This document shows, one piece after another, positions 36,987 through 49,622 of a DNA stretch of 64,000 bases. Numbering within the stretch: position 1 is the stretch's first letter; the number at the start of each line of letters is the position of its first letter. The notes under the pieces were generated by a model. That model did no database searches, was not told the DNA's origin, and saw only the letters and a list, made by a program, of their open reading frames with translations. Made by a program: the position numbers and the translations under genes. The stretch comes from Leucoraja ocellata (Eukaryota): the NCBI GenBank assembly GCA_036785375.1, contig JAWMAR010000012.1, positions 4,526,001 through 4,590,000 on the forward strand, given 5' to 3'.

Positions 36987-37835
36987 GTGAGTGCCTGCAC
37001 CCATCTTGAAAGAGTGATACACTTTTTCAAATAGTTTTTACTTAGTTGCGTTAAAACAGAAGTTTGTGAAGTAATTGTTCAGTACTATAACATAAATAGT
37101 AGAAGAATTGTAATGGCACTATTAGCCTTTAATAATGGATTTCTATTCATATATCATCACCAGTACCAGTCTGCAATTTTATTTTTTTTAAACAATTAAT
37201 TTAGTTAATATTGGTTGGGACTGATCCTTGACCTGAGAATAAGTAGTAAACATTTCTAATTAAAGCTAGGTATTACTACAACTTTAGAGCACCACTAATA
37301 ATGTACACCATTTCCTACATGTGCCTATGCTCAATCTAACTCACGATATGGGTATAGATGCATTGGTTGAAATAGACAGTAATTAAAGGAAGTATGTCTT
37401 GCTGTAATGAATAAACTGTTTAATGTCATTATCACTGGACCTGATACTGAAGAACATGCTACACTTGAAGGAATAGTTAATAATTGTGTTTTGAGGATGC
37501 TTTATTTTGGAAATCATCTGTTTACTCAAGAAGCCATGAACACCCAATTTCATGCCTGAAAAAAAGCCTCCACACCATTCCTGTATTTAGGAAAGCAGAA
37601 CTGCTCACCATACTCCAAATGCAGTCTCACCAAAGTCCTGGAAAACTCTTAACAGGACTTCCTGGGTCATACTTATCTCGACCAATGAAGGGAAGCATAA
37701 TTATGCCTTCTTTGCCAATAATATTCTTTCCTTCAGGTGCATGGCCAATTCCAGTTAGAAATGGACCATTTAATCTACCTCCACTCCTCTTTCTATCTAT
37801 CCATTCCAAGTCTTGGCTTCTTCTCTAGCAAACAA

Positions 37836-38324
37836 TCTGCAGATTGAGACTAAATGAGAATAATTGTGGACACATCCCAGACCATCACACAAACCAACCT
37901 GCCTTCTATTGACTATATTTATACCTCACTCTGCCTCGGCAAGGCCAGCAGCATAATCAAGGACAAGTCGCATCCTGGCCACTCCCTTTTCTCCCCTCTT
38001 CCCTCAGGCAACATGTACAGAAGTGCGAACACACACATCTCCAGATTCAAGGACAGTTTCTTCCCAGCTGTTATCAGGCAACTGAATTATCCTACCACAA
38101 CCGGAGAGCAGTGCTGAACTACTATCTCTACCTCTTTGGTGATCCTCAGACTATCCTTGATCTGACATTGCTGGCTTTACCTTGCACTAAACGTTATTCC
38201 CTTATCATGTATCTATACATTGTAAATGGATCAAATGTAATAATGTATTGTCTTTTTGTTGACTGGTTAGCACGTAACAAAAGCATTTCACTGTACTTTG
38301 GTACACGTGACAAAAAACTAAACT
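37836..38324 (+). mobile_element. Rex1/Babar-type LINE 3' fragment
   Basis: Encodes KASSIIKDKSHPGHSLFSPLPSG...RFKDSFFPAVIR. Confidence 0.8.
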
Positions 38325-39561
38325 GAGCTACAAAAAGTAAATAAATGAAAATGAGGGTACATAAAGATCCCGTAGGTATTACCACGCTTCCATGACAATG
38401 ACTGATTGCTTTATGCCAGTTAGTTTGACAAAAACCAACAAAAAATATGGTTTGACATCCAACAGAGAAGCAAAAATCACCAATGTCACCAAAAAATCAC
38501 CAATAACAACCAATAAATCCATCTGATGCTCTAGGAAAACCTGCTCTTGCTTTTTGAAATACTTACAGATAATACGTCATGTAATGTAGTTATATCTACT
38601 GGTTTTTTTCCCTTTGCCTGTGATATAAAAAATCTTTTGTTGAAAACAATTGCACATTCATCCAGGTTCAAACCACTCGCAAAACAAGAACGCATAGGGG
38701 TGGGATTTTCTTTGCATAGTAGCTCCAAATTGATTAATTGCTGTCCATTTTACACTTCATTAAGTTTCAAAGAAAACTGGGCAGAGTGGAAGATGGGGAG
38801 GCTGATGTTCAAAATGATAATCCACTTAAATCAGATGTAGCCCTACTGTGTGAAAGTACTGTCCTTACGAAAAATCCCTTGCTTCAGATCAATTATCTAT
38901 CATCAAAATGTAAAATATTAATGCAGTTTCTCTTTTTTACAAATCCCGCCTCATTAGTGAACATTCCCAGCAATTTCTGCATTGCTTTCATCCACAAGGC
39001 TGCATGCAAACAGGACAGCAGGAAAATTAAAGGCTCACCGGCCACTGTGGTATGGATTTTCCAATTCCACTGCCTGGGAGATATCAGATTGACTTGGATC
39101 TGCAAATATTTGAAATCCAAGCAGGGATTCGTACACGCACAAACAAAGTCTACCTGATTTTCTGTCCATTAATTAAATGTGAAATCACCCTGGTCTCCTT
39201 TCTCTTTGTGTGTTTGCTGTGGCATTTCACTTTGCGTGTGACAAGTACATTGACTTGTACTCTCCGAGGACTGGCCAGCCAGAAAGCAAACAGGCATCTT
39301 AGACAGATCTGCTTCAGCTCCATACAGTGCCACACAGCTGGCCAGACATGTAATCACAAAAATACTGCAGACTGAACACCATGAATAACAAAAAGGAAGA
39401 TTAAAAGTGCTGACTGAAAACTATTCACTTTTATCCCAGGTTTCAGGAGGAAGCTTCCAAAAGGATCAGAGCAGAGTAGTTGTTTGTTTCATTCTTCATG
39501 AAATGGCTGCAGACTGTAATTTGCCTCTTTTACTGATACCTGGTGAAAACAATACTCTTTG

Positions 39562-40424
39562 TAGGTATGTTACAAAACCTACCTGAATCGCCATTGGGAA
39601 TCTGCCCACAGCCATTTGCGCGATTTTGGCGCTGTTTGGAGGGGGCGGGTTTAAAACGCGATTTTTACTAGGCTGTACTAATCGCAGATGTTCAGCCTAG
39701 TAAATCATTAACGAAAAATCGCTGCAAGACCCGGTCGCAAAAGGTATTATTAGTTTTATAGGCCTCGATAATATAGTTATGATAATTTTAAATTACTGTC
39801 TCATTCCGCAACATCTCGCAGCCCCAGGGTTTTATAAAGCAAACAATTAAAGGTATGTACCTTATTTTTACATTAAATGGGGCATATATATAACCCTATA
39901 TATCACGTTATCTATAGCGAATAGTTCATTTTGGGCTTTTTATATCCCGCAGTATTTTTCTCGGCATTTGAGGGCACTAATCCAGCGCGCTGTCAACATT
40001 CTAAATCAGCGCGTTCACAGAAACCCACTAGAAAGCCGATTTAAATGGGCATTTATTTACAGCAATTGAACACTAAATTCCTTCCATTTGGCCTATAAAA
40101 TAATGTTAATTAGATATAAAAATCATGTAATATAGTGTGAATTATTTGTGAATAATCTTTGGACACTTAGGCTATTTAAAAATGTTAATCTTTCCTTAAG
40201 AAATGGCCTGTTGACTATCCAAGATCACAGCTTTTTTGTAATGTCCATTGAAAATCAATAGGGAACAAGATGCTAATTTCCGAGTATGAAAATGGCCATA
40301 ACTTTTTTAATACTTGAGATATGAAAGTGAATTTGGTGTCAAATTAAACTTATTGTTATGCTTTATCTGATGGGATAAATTGCAGACTTGATTTTTAAAA
40401 TCTCAAAATTTTGTAACATTGCTA
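39562..40424. mobile_element. Non-autonomous hAT-like DNA transposon (863 bp)
   Basis: 16-bp TIRs TAGGTATGTTACAAAA / TAGCAATGTTACAAAA (14/16); direct repeat ctctttg at 39555-39561 and 40425-40431. Confidence 0.75.
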
Positions 40425-40868
40425 CTCTTTGAAAAATAAAATGAAAATTTCAGCTAAGTATAGGTGTGACTGCTATAGATACTGTATATCTTCTACAGTG
40501 AAGTATGACAGGCCTTCTTCCATTGAAAATAAAAGGGGTCAGTGTTTGCCACTCTTTATCCCAGCTTATTTCTCAAGTTATGTCATGCATTTGTTGACAA
40601 GAAAGTTGTGGTTGAACCACAGTGTTCATGACAAGAGAAAGGTTTCTGGAAGACAAGTAACTTCCAACAGGAGCTACATCACATGTCAATTCTGTCAAGC
40701 CTTTCATCAAATTACTGTCCCAGTTCTTAACCTGGTAAAAAGGTCACTGTCACAAGTTTGTCTTTCACAGTATCTTTAATTCAGCTTTTCTTGGGAGAAT
40801 GTATTCTTCATCTCCCAATTTTTGCTGACTTTTGGAAGAATATATTTAATTTATCTGTAAAAACCTCA

Positions 40869-41690
40869 GAGTGGTTGGACAATCTTGGATTGGTGTCTCT
40901 GGATTGTCAGAGTTTGATGGGAAACCTGATAGACATAAAAGGTTATGAGGCATAAATAGTATAGTCAGTCAGAACCTTTTTCCCAGGATGGAAATATCAA
41001 ATAATAGAGGGCATTGCTTTAAGCGAGAAAGGCAAAGTTTAAATGAGATGCATTGGAAATATGTTTTACACAGAGGGTGGTAAGTGCCTGGAGTGGTGGT
41101 GGAGATAGATATGATAGTGGCATTTATGGAACTTTTTGATAGGCACATAGCTATGTGGGAATGAAGAGATATCAATTATGTGTAGATTCAGATAAGATTT
41201 GATCTTGTCATTATTCTCTTTATTCTCTGTAGCGCAGAAGGTTAAGAGGGGACTTGATAGAGGTCTTTAAAATGATGAGAGGGATAGACAGAGTTGATGT
41301 GGACAAGCTTTTCCCTTTGAGAATAGGGAAGATTCAAACAAGAGGACATGATTTCAGAATTAAGGGACAGAAGTTTAGGGGTTACATTAGGGGGAACTTC
41401 TTTACTCAGAGAGTGGTAGTGGTGTGGAATGAGCTTCCAGTGGAAGTGGTGGAGGCAGGTTTGTTGGTATCATTTAAAAATAAATTGGACAGGCATATGG
41501 ATGAGAAGGGAATGGAGGGTCATGGTATGAGTGCAGGCAGGTGGGACTAGGGGAAAAAAAGTTGTTCGGCACGGACTTGTAGGGCCAAGATGGCCTGTTT
41601 CCGTGCTGTAATTGTTATATGGTTATATGGTTATTATGTTCGGCACAGACATTGTGGGTTGAATGGCCTGTTGCTGTACTGTTCTATTTG
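40869..41690 (+). mobile_element. Old CR1 3' end with a younger CR1 3' end nested at about 41232-41634
   Basis: The nested copy encodes LRGDLIEVFKMMRG...TRGH...NFFTQRVVVVWNELP and has a (GGTTATAT)n tail. Confidence 0.8.
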
Positions 41691-41729
41691 CTTAACACTC
41701 ACAACCAAGCTGTCAGAGAATAAAACATG

Positions 41730-41908
41730 TGTCAGAAGAAACTGCAGATGCTGGTTGAAACCAAAGATAGACACAAAAAGCTGGAGTAACTCAGCGGGAC
41801 AGGCAGCATCTCTGGAGAGACTCTGAAGAAGGATCTCGATCCAAAACATCACCCATTCCTTCTCTCCAGAGATGCTGCCTGTTCCGCTGAGTTACTCCAG
41901 CTGTGTCC
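41730..41908. mobile_element. Palindromic Penelope-derived short element
   Basis: Inverted arms gctggagtaactcagcgggacaggcagcatctctggagag around a degenerate ctgaagaaggatctcgatccaaaac. Similar elements lie at about 24915-25150 and 25650-25915. Confidence 0.7.
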
Positions 41909-44699
41909 AACTTCAGAGAATATAACTTTCCTAATAGTCTTCCGATGGGAATTAGTATGTTGTTGAAGTTCAGGATCTTCCTCTATTTCAGGCAACACCT
42001 TATATTCAGGCTGAAGGCTGAAGAGGCACAATCTTCCAGAGGAAATGTTTGCCATTTGATTTGCCATTCACTCAAATTCGATACATTCAGTTCATTATCT
42101 CTCAAATATTCATTCAGATATTAACAGTCTAATGAAAATAATGCACAGAACTACTATATGCAAAAAAAATTGATCAAATTCTGTTCAATCCGGCCGGCGG
42201 ATAAAAAGTCACCCTTGGTTACATGATTTAAATGCCAAATATTGTAGCATAAAGATAACTATCTATAACGTGTAGTTAATTAAACCAAACTTCAGAAGTG
42301 GAATATAACACATTCGCTGAAATATCATGTATAAATCATCTTTCTCAGTGATAGTTTAAATTATAGAAATTCTATTTTTTTATATTGAGAAAAGAAAGAT
42401 AAAAGGCTAAGGTCTACCTTACATAGTTTGAAACCAGCAGGGATACATTTAACCAGAAACCATGACTAAATGATGGCCTGCAAGATTCTTGGAGTGCACA
42501 AGGAGACAAATAGCTCAAGATTTAAGCTTCTGAAAAAGCCACCATTCACTACCATTACAGAATCACACACTGAGTAATAGTCTGGTTGACAAGAGATCTG
42601 GTTGTGCAGATTAGGCATGTATCCCCTTGCATATGTCATGGGAAGAAATGATCAGACAGGCAGAGACAAGATTCAAGTATGTGCTCAAAGCCTCTTTTGG
42701 AAAAATGCAGCATTCTAGTTGACGCTGGGAAGTGTGGCCCATGACTGGTCAAGGTGGAGATGGAACATTTAGGATATTAATAAGCCTGTCCCTAAAGAGT
42801 AGGCACGAGCCCTGATGAGCAGCAAAATTAAGCCTCAAACCACCTATTAGCCTGCCCCATTGAGGCACCTCCTGTCCCATCCACAACTGTTGAAGCCATG
42901 TCAACCTCATCAGGCATCCACGAGCACAAAAAAAACTGAAATGGAAGAGCAAATCATTCTCAGTCCTGAGAGATAGCCTAGGCAGGAGAGAAAGGAAAAC
43001 ATGATATAATCTGATACCTAAAGAATTGTTAGAGGGAAATACTATCTTTGGTGGTGCAACCCACATCATCACACAATTAGAGTATAAAGTGAATGCCAGA
43101 AAATGAAGTCACCAAGTATCTCATCACACAAAAGATAGGAACCCCCCTCATCGGTATCCACCTATCATTTGCTTGGTTTTATCCAAGCCCCGCCTCTCTT
43201 GTCCTGCTTTCTACGATCAGTCTGAAGGATCCCAACCGAAAACGTTGTTTGTCTATATCCTCCACAGTTGTTGCCTGATCTGCTGAGTTGCTCCAGCACT
43301 TCATGTTTTTCTCAAGGTTCCATCACCTGCAGTTGTTTGTGGTCATCACAGAAAATTAAAGTTTACATATTCAGAACAGATATATGAAGATTCCAATTAG
43401 GAGCAGGAGTAGGCCACTTGAGCCTGCTTTGCCATTTAATAAGATCATGGGAGTTGAGCGTAAACTGAACTCAGCATTCTCTTCCATCTTCTGTAATCTT
43501 TCAACAACTTGCTAATCAAAAATCCATGAAATAAGAATTAACCATAACAAAGGCTAAGGGATGGAATGGGTTTTCCTGCTTCTGTGTTACTGGAATGGAG
43601 ACACGCTTTTGATCCAATGCTGGCATACCAAGTAAGGAGATGATCTAGTAGTACTTTTGTAGGGACAATTAGGAGACCATTGATCACAGTAATATTAGTA
43701 TTGGTATTGATAGTCATTGATATTGATTTATTCTTATCGTGTAATAAAGTACAGCAATAAACTTTGTTTTGCATGCTAACCGAACAAATTATACCATATG
43801 CGAGTACATCAGGTAGTGCAAACGAGAAAATAAACCGAGTGCAAAATATAATATTTAAAAAAAGCACAAGGATCATAATTGAATAGATTGAAAGAATCAA
43901 GAATTTATTCTTAGCAGATGAGAGGTACAGTACATGCAAGGGCTGAATAACAGCAGGGAAGAATCTGTGCTTGAAAGATGCTTTCATTGATGAAGTGAAG
44001 GCAAGATTATTTATTAGGAGACTGAAGAAAGCAACCCCACTTTCACTGTTGCTGTGCACTGAATAAAACCATTGCTAACAGCTATTTTGATAGAAGCTGG
44101 GAAGTGGAAGCATTGTGGTTTGACAGGTATACTTCTCTGCTATCAGAGCTATTCCTATTACTTCCTCAACAAATGCTTTTGTTTCTTACTTATTGCAAAT
44201 CTAGCAAATCAACCCAGTCAACAACTTTACTTTTCATTAAGCCAATGCATCTGTAAAAGGAAATAGAATGTAATTTAAGATCATTTTGAAGTGGAATAAT
44301 CACCCTTAAGAAGTAATGGATGAATTCTTGCAAAAGAAAAAAGTGATTTCCTTTGCTTCCTAGAATAGATAAAGGGATACTGGATTATCTCGTTAGTTGT
44401 ATACTATATTGACTTGTGCATTAATGTGTGTGGACATGACAAATTGAAAGAAAAATGAAGATCGTCAGATAAGCTTTGCCCTTTTGAAATTATTCTGCTC
44501 TAGCCTCTCCCACTTTGCACAGTTCCCCTACGATTAATGTCTTACACAGATAAACTTAAAAATAATAATCTATCATCTAAGGTGGAGAATTACAGTTGAT
44601 GATAATAATACATGGCACTTAATCTAATGGGTTAAAAGTTCCACTGACAGAGATGGGTCAAGTATTCAGATGCTAATATGTTAGTTTCTAGGACATCCT

Positions 44700-45662
44700 A
44701 GGACCTAATCGCACTTCCAGATGAGGCAGAGAATCACATATACATCCTCCAACATATGGTGTTCAGTATTTTTGATGAGGCCTCCTCTACATCGGTGAGA
44801 CCAAATAAAAAATAGGCAACTACTTGCCAACCACCTAGACTCTGTCCACTATTGCCATATTGATCTTCTGGTTTCAAGCCATTTTAATTCCCCTTCACAT
44901 TCCCGCACTGGACTGCCTGTCCTTTGACTGCTCCACTGCCAGGGTGAGGACAAGCACAAATGAGAGGAACAGCACCTCATATTCTACTTGGATAGTCTAC
45001 AACACAATGGCACTATTCCACTTTCTTGTCACCCGTGCTCCCTCTGTCCCTTTCCTCCTACCTATGCTGGTTTTGTCTCATAACCCTTCTCCCCACCTTA
45101 CCCTCCAGGTTCCAGTCACCCTGTTTCTTTCCATTTCCCCACCTACTTAATTTGTCCATCATCAACACAGTTCTCCTACTCGATTCCCTTTGTCACCAGG
45201 CCTACGACACAACCCTCCCATCCCTCTGTTGTTACCATCTGCCACCATTCCACCTTATTTAATTCCACTCTTCACCCTCATTTCTTTTCAGACTCCAGAA
45301 TCTGCACCTTTTGTTTTCCATTTATTACCTCCCAGCCTCTACTGTTACATCTACCCTTCAATTCGCAGTTTTACTGATTATATAGGGCCTGTCCCATTTG
45401 CGCGTCATTTACGCGACATCATTTACGCGTCACGGCGCATGTGATGCGCGCATGGTGCACATCGTTGTCACCTACCCCTCAGCTAACAATGATCCATTCT
45501 ACATTTTCCTTGACCTGCATCCCCTTCGATCTCTCAATTTCATACCTTATCCTTCCATATCTCTATGTCTCCCTCTCTTCTGACTAATTCTGAAGGAGGG
45601 TCTCAACCTGAAATTTCACCCACTCCTTCTCGTCAGAGATGCTGTCTGTCCCTCTGAGTTAC
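44700..45662 (+). mobile_element. Degenerate Penelope-like element (GIY-YIG remnant and tail), with a short TIR-element fragment near 45384-45460
   Basis: ctctacatcggtgagacc (LYIGET) and gaggaacagcacctcatattc (EEQHLIF); tail ctgaaggagggtctcaacctgaaa. Confidence 0.65.
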
Positions 45663-46074
45663 ATTTACCTCTATCCCCCATATGACTTTACTTGCCCATC
45701 GACCCCTATTCTCTTGGATCCACTTAACATGTGCTAACTCTTGCACCACCTCTCTCCTCACCTCATTCTATTGGCAACTTCCCCCTACATTGTTCCTCCG
45801 CTGGGAGAGAGTGTCTCTCGAAATGTAAGTTCAAGTCCAGGAAGGCACAATATTGAAATGCTACTGCACTACCACAAGTGGATGAGTATAATTGCAATGT
45901 GACAAGTTACATTGAGATTTCCCTTAATAAATGTGATCATAAGAATTTATAATGAGAAACAAATGGTACAGTGTGCAGTCAGACATGAGATTTTTGATTT
46001 AATATTTATTTTCCCTGTGTACAGAATTTTCTGCCTGAGAAAGATTTTATATATTTACCCAAAACTCAAGATGA

Positions 46075-46308
<234 letters not shown>

Positions 46309-46459
46309 AAAGAGTTCTCTGCAGTTACTGAACCAGTACCCAAAGTCCCTGTCCATCACATTTGATTTTCTCACCTCTAAAATAACCACCGCAATGGCAT
46401 CCACTGATTGACAATTTTTAAATGGTTCATTTGTTGTTCCGAAGAAAAGTTCAAATGTC

Positions 46460-46680
46460 ATAGAAACATAGAAATTAGGTGCAGGAGTAGGCCATTCTGC
46501 CCTTCGAGCCAGCACTGCCATTCAATATGCTCATGACTGATCATCCAAAATCAGTACTCCTCCGTTCCTGCTTTCTCCCCATATCCCTTGATTCCATTAG
46601 CCCTAAGAGCTATATCTATCTCTCTCTTCAATACAGTGAATTGGCCTCCACTGACTTCTGTGGCAGAGAATTCCACAGAG
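46460..46680 (-). mobile_element. Antisense CR1 3' end about 150 bp after the TNMD stop codon
   Basis: atagaaacatagaaattaggtgcaggagtaggcc is the reverse of a CR1 tail, homologous to 5627-5840. Confidence 0.85.
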
Positions 46681-47082
46681 GATGGCTGACTTTTTTGTTA
46701 GTAAGTTTCTATCAGAAGTTCCTCTAAGTTTATTGAAAGTAAGAAAAGATAATAATATCCTTGGAACTTCATTCGAGTAACTGCCTGTAGATCTGTGATA
46801 TTCCATTCATATTGTGGGGCCATGGTTTAAGAATGACCAGTAAATCCCAAGATTGTGGCCCTAACGCCATTTTCACTCAACCAATTTCTGGCCCAGAAAC
46901 ACTAGTCCTTCCTTTATAATTACACTTTTATTGTAAACTTTTGGACTTTCCAAAAATATTAAAATGACAATCTAGCTTTATAATACATGACAAAAACACA
47001 TCACACTTCCCAAATAGAAAAAGTCACGTTGGTCAATAGAAAATCAAGGTTTCAATTTTAAAAAATCATGTTTTCTTCCAAT

Positions 47083-47388
47083 AATAAATGTTGCCATATT
47101 AATCAAAGAATTATTCGTGATGCCCCACAGCTGGATCAGCAGAAGAAAGAAAAATCCTTTATTGAGATTTGCATATTTATATTGATCATTTCTGCACCAT
47201 TTAGTATTTTCTTTCTAGATAAATTGTGTTCACTGTGGCTTGCTTAAGAAAATGATCTGTGAGTTGGCTGCATTTTCATACCACAAACATTGTTGTATTT
47301 CATACACCTTTTATATATTAAAGGAATCTATTATTTTAGAAATATATTATACTTAAACCAGGTATTTTACTTCTACAAAATTAATAAA
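47083..47388 (+). terminator. Candidate TNMD polyadenylation signals (AATAAA at 47083 and 47383)
   Basis: Canonical hexamers 0.8-1.1 kb downstream of the stop. The context is AT-rich, so they could be chance. Confidence 0.3.
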
Positions 47389-48480
47389 CATATCTTGTTA
47401 TAAAAACTAAGACCAAATTTAGTTTCTCACTCCTTGTGTGCTCCATGGTCTGTATTTCCTGAACATAATCAGCCCCTGTTTTGAACAAAGAAGGCAAAGG
47501 AGTTATATTGTATACTTTTAATGGGACATACTTAGGCACACATGCCTGTGCTTTAGCATTAAGATAATACATTTTGCATTACTTGCAGGGCAATAATAAA
47601 ACCTGCTCTGGGACAATCTTCTATAGGATGAGCCACATGTTTGACACCCCCACCCGAGATTACTTGCTATACAATGTACATGAATTTAATACATTTCTTT
47701 TGCTGGTATTCTGATCTTATTTTTATTGATTTACGGCCTCTATCAGACGCAAGATCATATATCACGCAGAATTAAACTGGAATAAGAAACACCTGTCCAG
47801 AAACCCATTCCAACCCAGCCCAATCTTGCACAAATCCATTTAAATGGATAGAATGTGCTTGTTGTACACTACACCAATGTTTATGCCATGGTCCCTGCAG
47901 GTATCCAAACTGAATTAAATAAAAAATGCTTTTAAAACCAGGTAGAGTAATTCTTCCAAAGTAAAGACCAGAGTATCCTTATGTGCTAACTCCAATGACG
48001 AACAGGTATGTAGGTTAATTGGCTCGGTAAATGTAAAAATTGTCCTTAGTGCGTGTAGGATAGTGTTAATGTGCAGCGCTCACTGGTCGGCGCTAAATCA
48101 GTGGGCCAAAGACACATTGCTAACTGGACTAAATTAAAACAACGCTGTGAAAGAGCAGTGATTTGTGGATAACTAACGATGCTATTTGTAATTTAATTTG
48201 ATCTTTGTACAAGTGGCATCTTCTGCAGAAGCACGAGAATATTTGGCTCAGTTTATGCAATGAGCTGAGAAATGTCACTTATGTTGGCTAAAGGCCCATT
48301 TTCAGATTAGTTTGTGTGTAGTTTAGAATGCTGCAAATCTCAGTGGGTTATGCCAATGGCTGGTTTGAACTTGGAATCAGTTTAATTTTCGTTACTGATA
48401 AGAAATTAAAACAATCACTTCACACAGTTGCATAACTCCACTAATTGAAAATGTCAGTGTTTCTCCAAGAGAAGCATGCT

Positions 48481-49622
48481 ATTGGCCATTTCTGGGTTGT
48501 TTCATGTCATTCAGAAATTTTGACTGGCATTTCCTGTTGTAATACGATTCTAACTTGGTTTCCATTTTGAAGTCCATTGAATGTGGTTATTCTCCGGCCA
48601 ATGCTACTTCACAGGACATTGGATGGACATAAATATCCAGGTCTTTAGGCCATACCAACCTAATAATAACACAACACCAACCCCCATCTTGTAGTTCCTT
48701 GTTTTACCAACACATATTTCATCTCCTGAAGCCCGATCAACCCGTCCAAAGACAGTGATTTCCCCTCAACCAATTGCTTCACCCACAATGATGGCAGTTT
48801 CAGTCCCCATAATGATTTCCATTATCTCCAACACCAACCTCCACCCCACACACCTCACCATTTCCACCACTCAACGACAACTCTTGGCCTCCAATTGTCC
48901 TCGCCTCTCCCCCCAATGTATTAGACTTTGATTCAGTCGCTCCCATTCTCTCTCTCCCTTCTTCACTTCCATCACAGGCTCCTGTACATTTATGTTATGA
49001 AAGTGTGTGACACCCTTAGTTTGTTGCGACTGCTGCTGTGTGTCGGTGAGATAAAACATTCACTGCTGCCCATTCCCATTACCATTCCCACTCGCTCTGC
49101 CCTTCCCTCACACTGACCACGCCACACATCACAACGCCAGACCACAGCCCCTCTAATGTGCGCTAAGGGGAACAATAGCATTTCCAGGCAACAATAGAAC
49201 AGTAGAACAGCCAGAGATTTGAAACAGAATCAGGTCTGTCCCTACCCAGATTTCTATTCACTGCACGTGCCGCCATTGTTAAAATTTGATATCAGGTACC
49301 TGAAAGATTACATTTCACTGGTAGACACATTGCTAACTGGACTTAAGAACTCCAAGCCAAACCAAGTTGAGAAAATAAATGAATAGATTTGATGTAAAGT
49401 TACTCAGTGCTAGAATCTCAAGCAGCAAAATACATATCTGGATTTGTAGGGTCCAAAAACATAAATACTTATCTCCTTCCAACACCCTGTGAAGTAGTAT
49501 TGGCCTGGGAAATATGGCATTCTGTGAACTTCTGTCATGGAAATTGAATTGGGATACGGATTTCAACAGGATATGCCTGTCAAAATTTCTGAATGATGTA
49601 AAGCAATCCAGAAATGGCTAAT
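48481..49622. mobile_element. Ancient fold-back/TIR element with about 180-bp diverged inverted arms
   Basis: 48481-48660 aligns by eye to the reverse complement of 49441-49622 (shared blocks tcattcagaaattttgac.ggcat and ggccaat.ctacttcacagg). Confidence 0.7.

Noticed and set aside
38540-39550. Repeat-free intronic block as a tendon enhancer (E-boxes)
   Set aside because: A few 6-mers are expected by chance; this cannot be supported without conservation or chromatin data.
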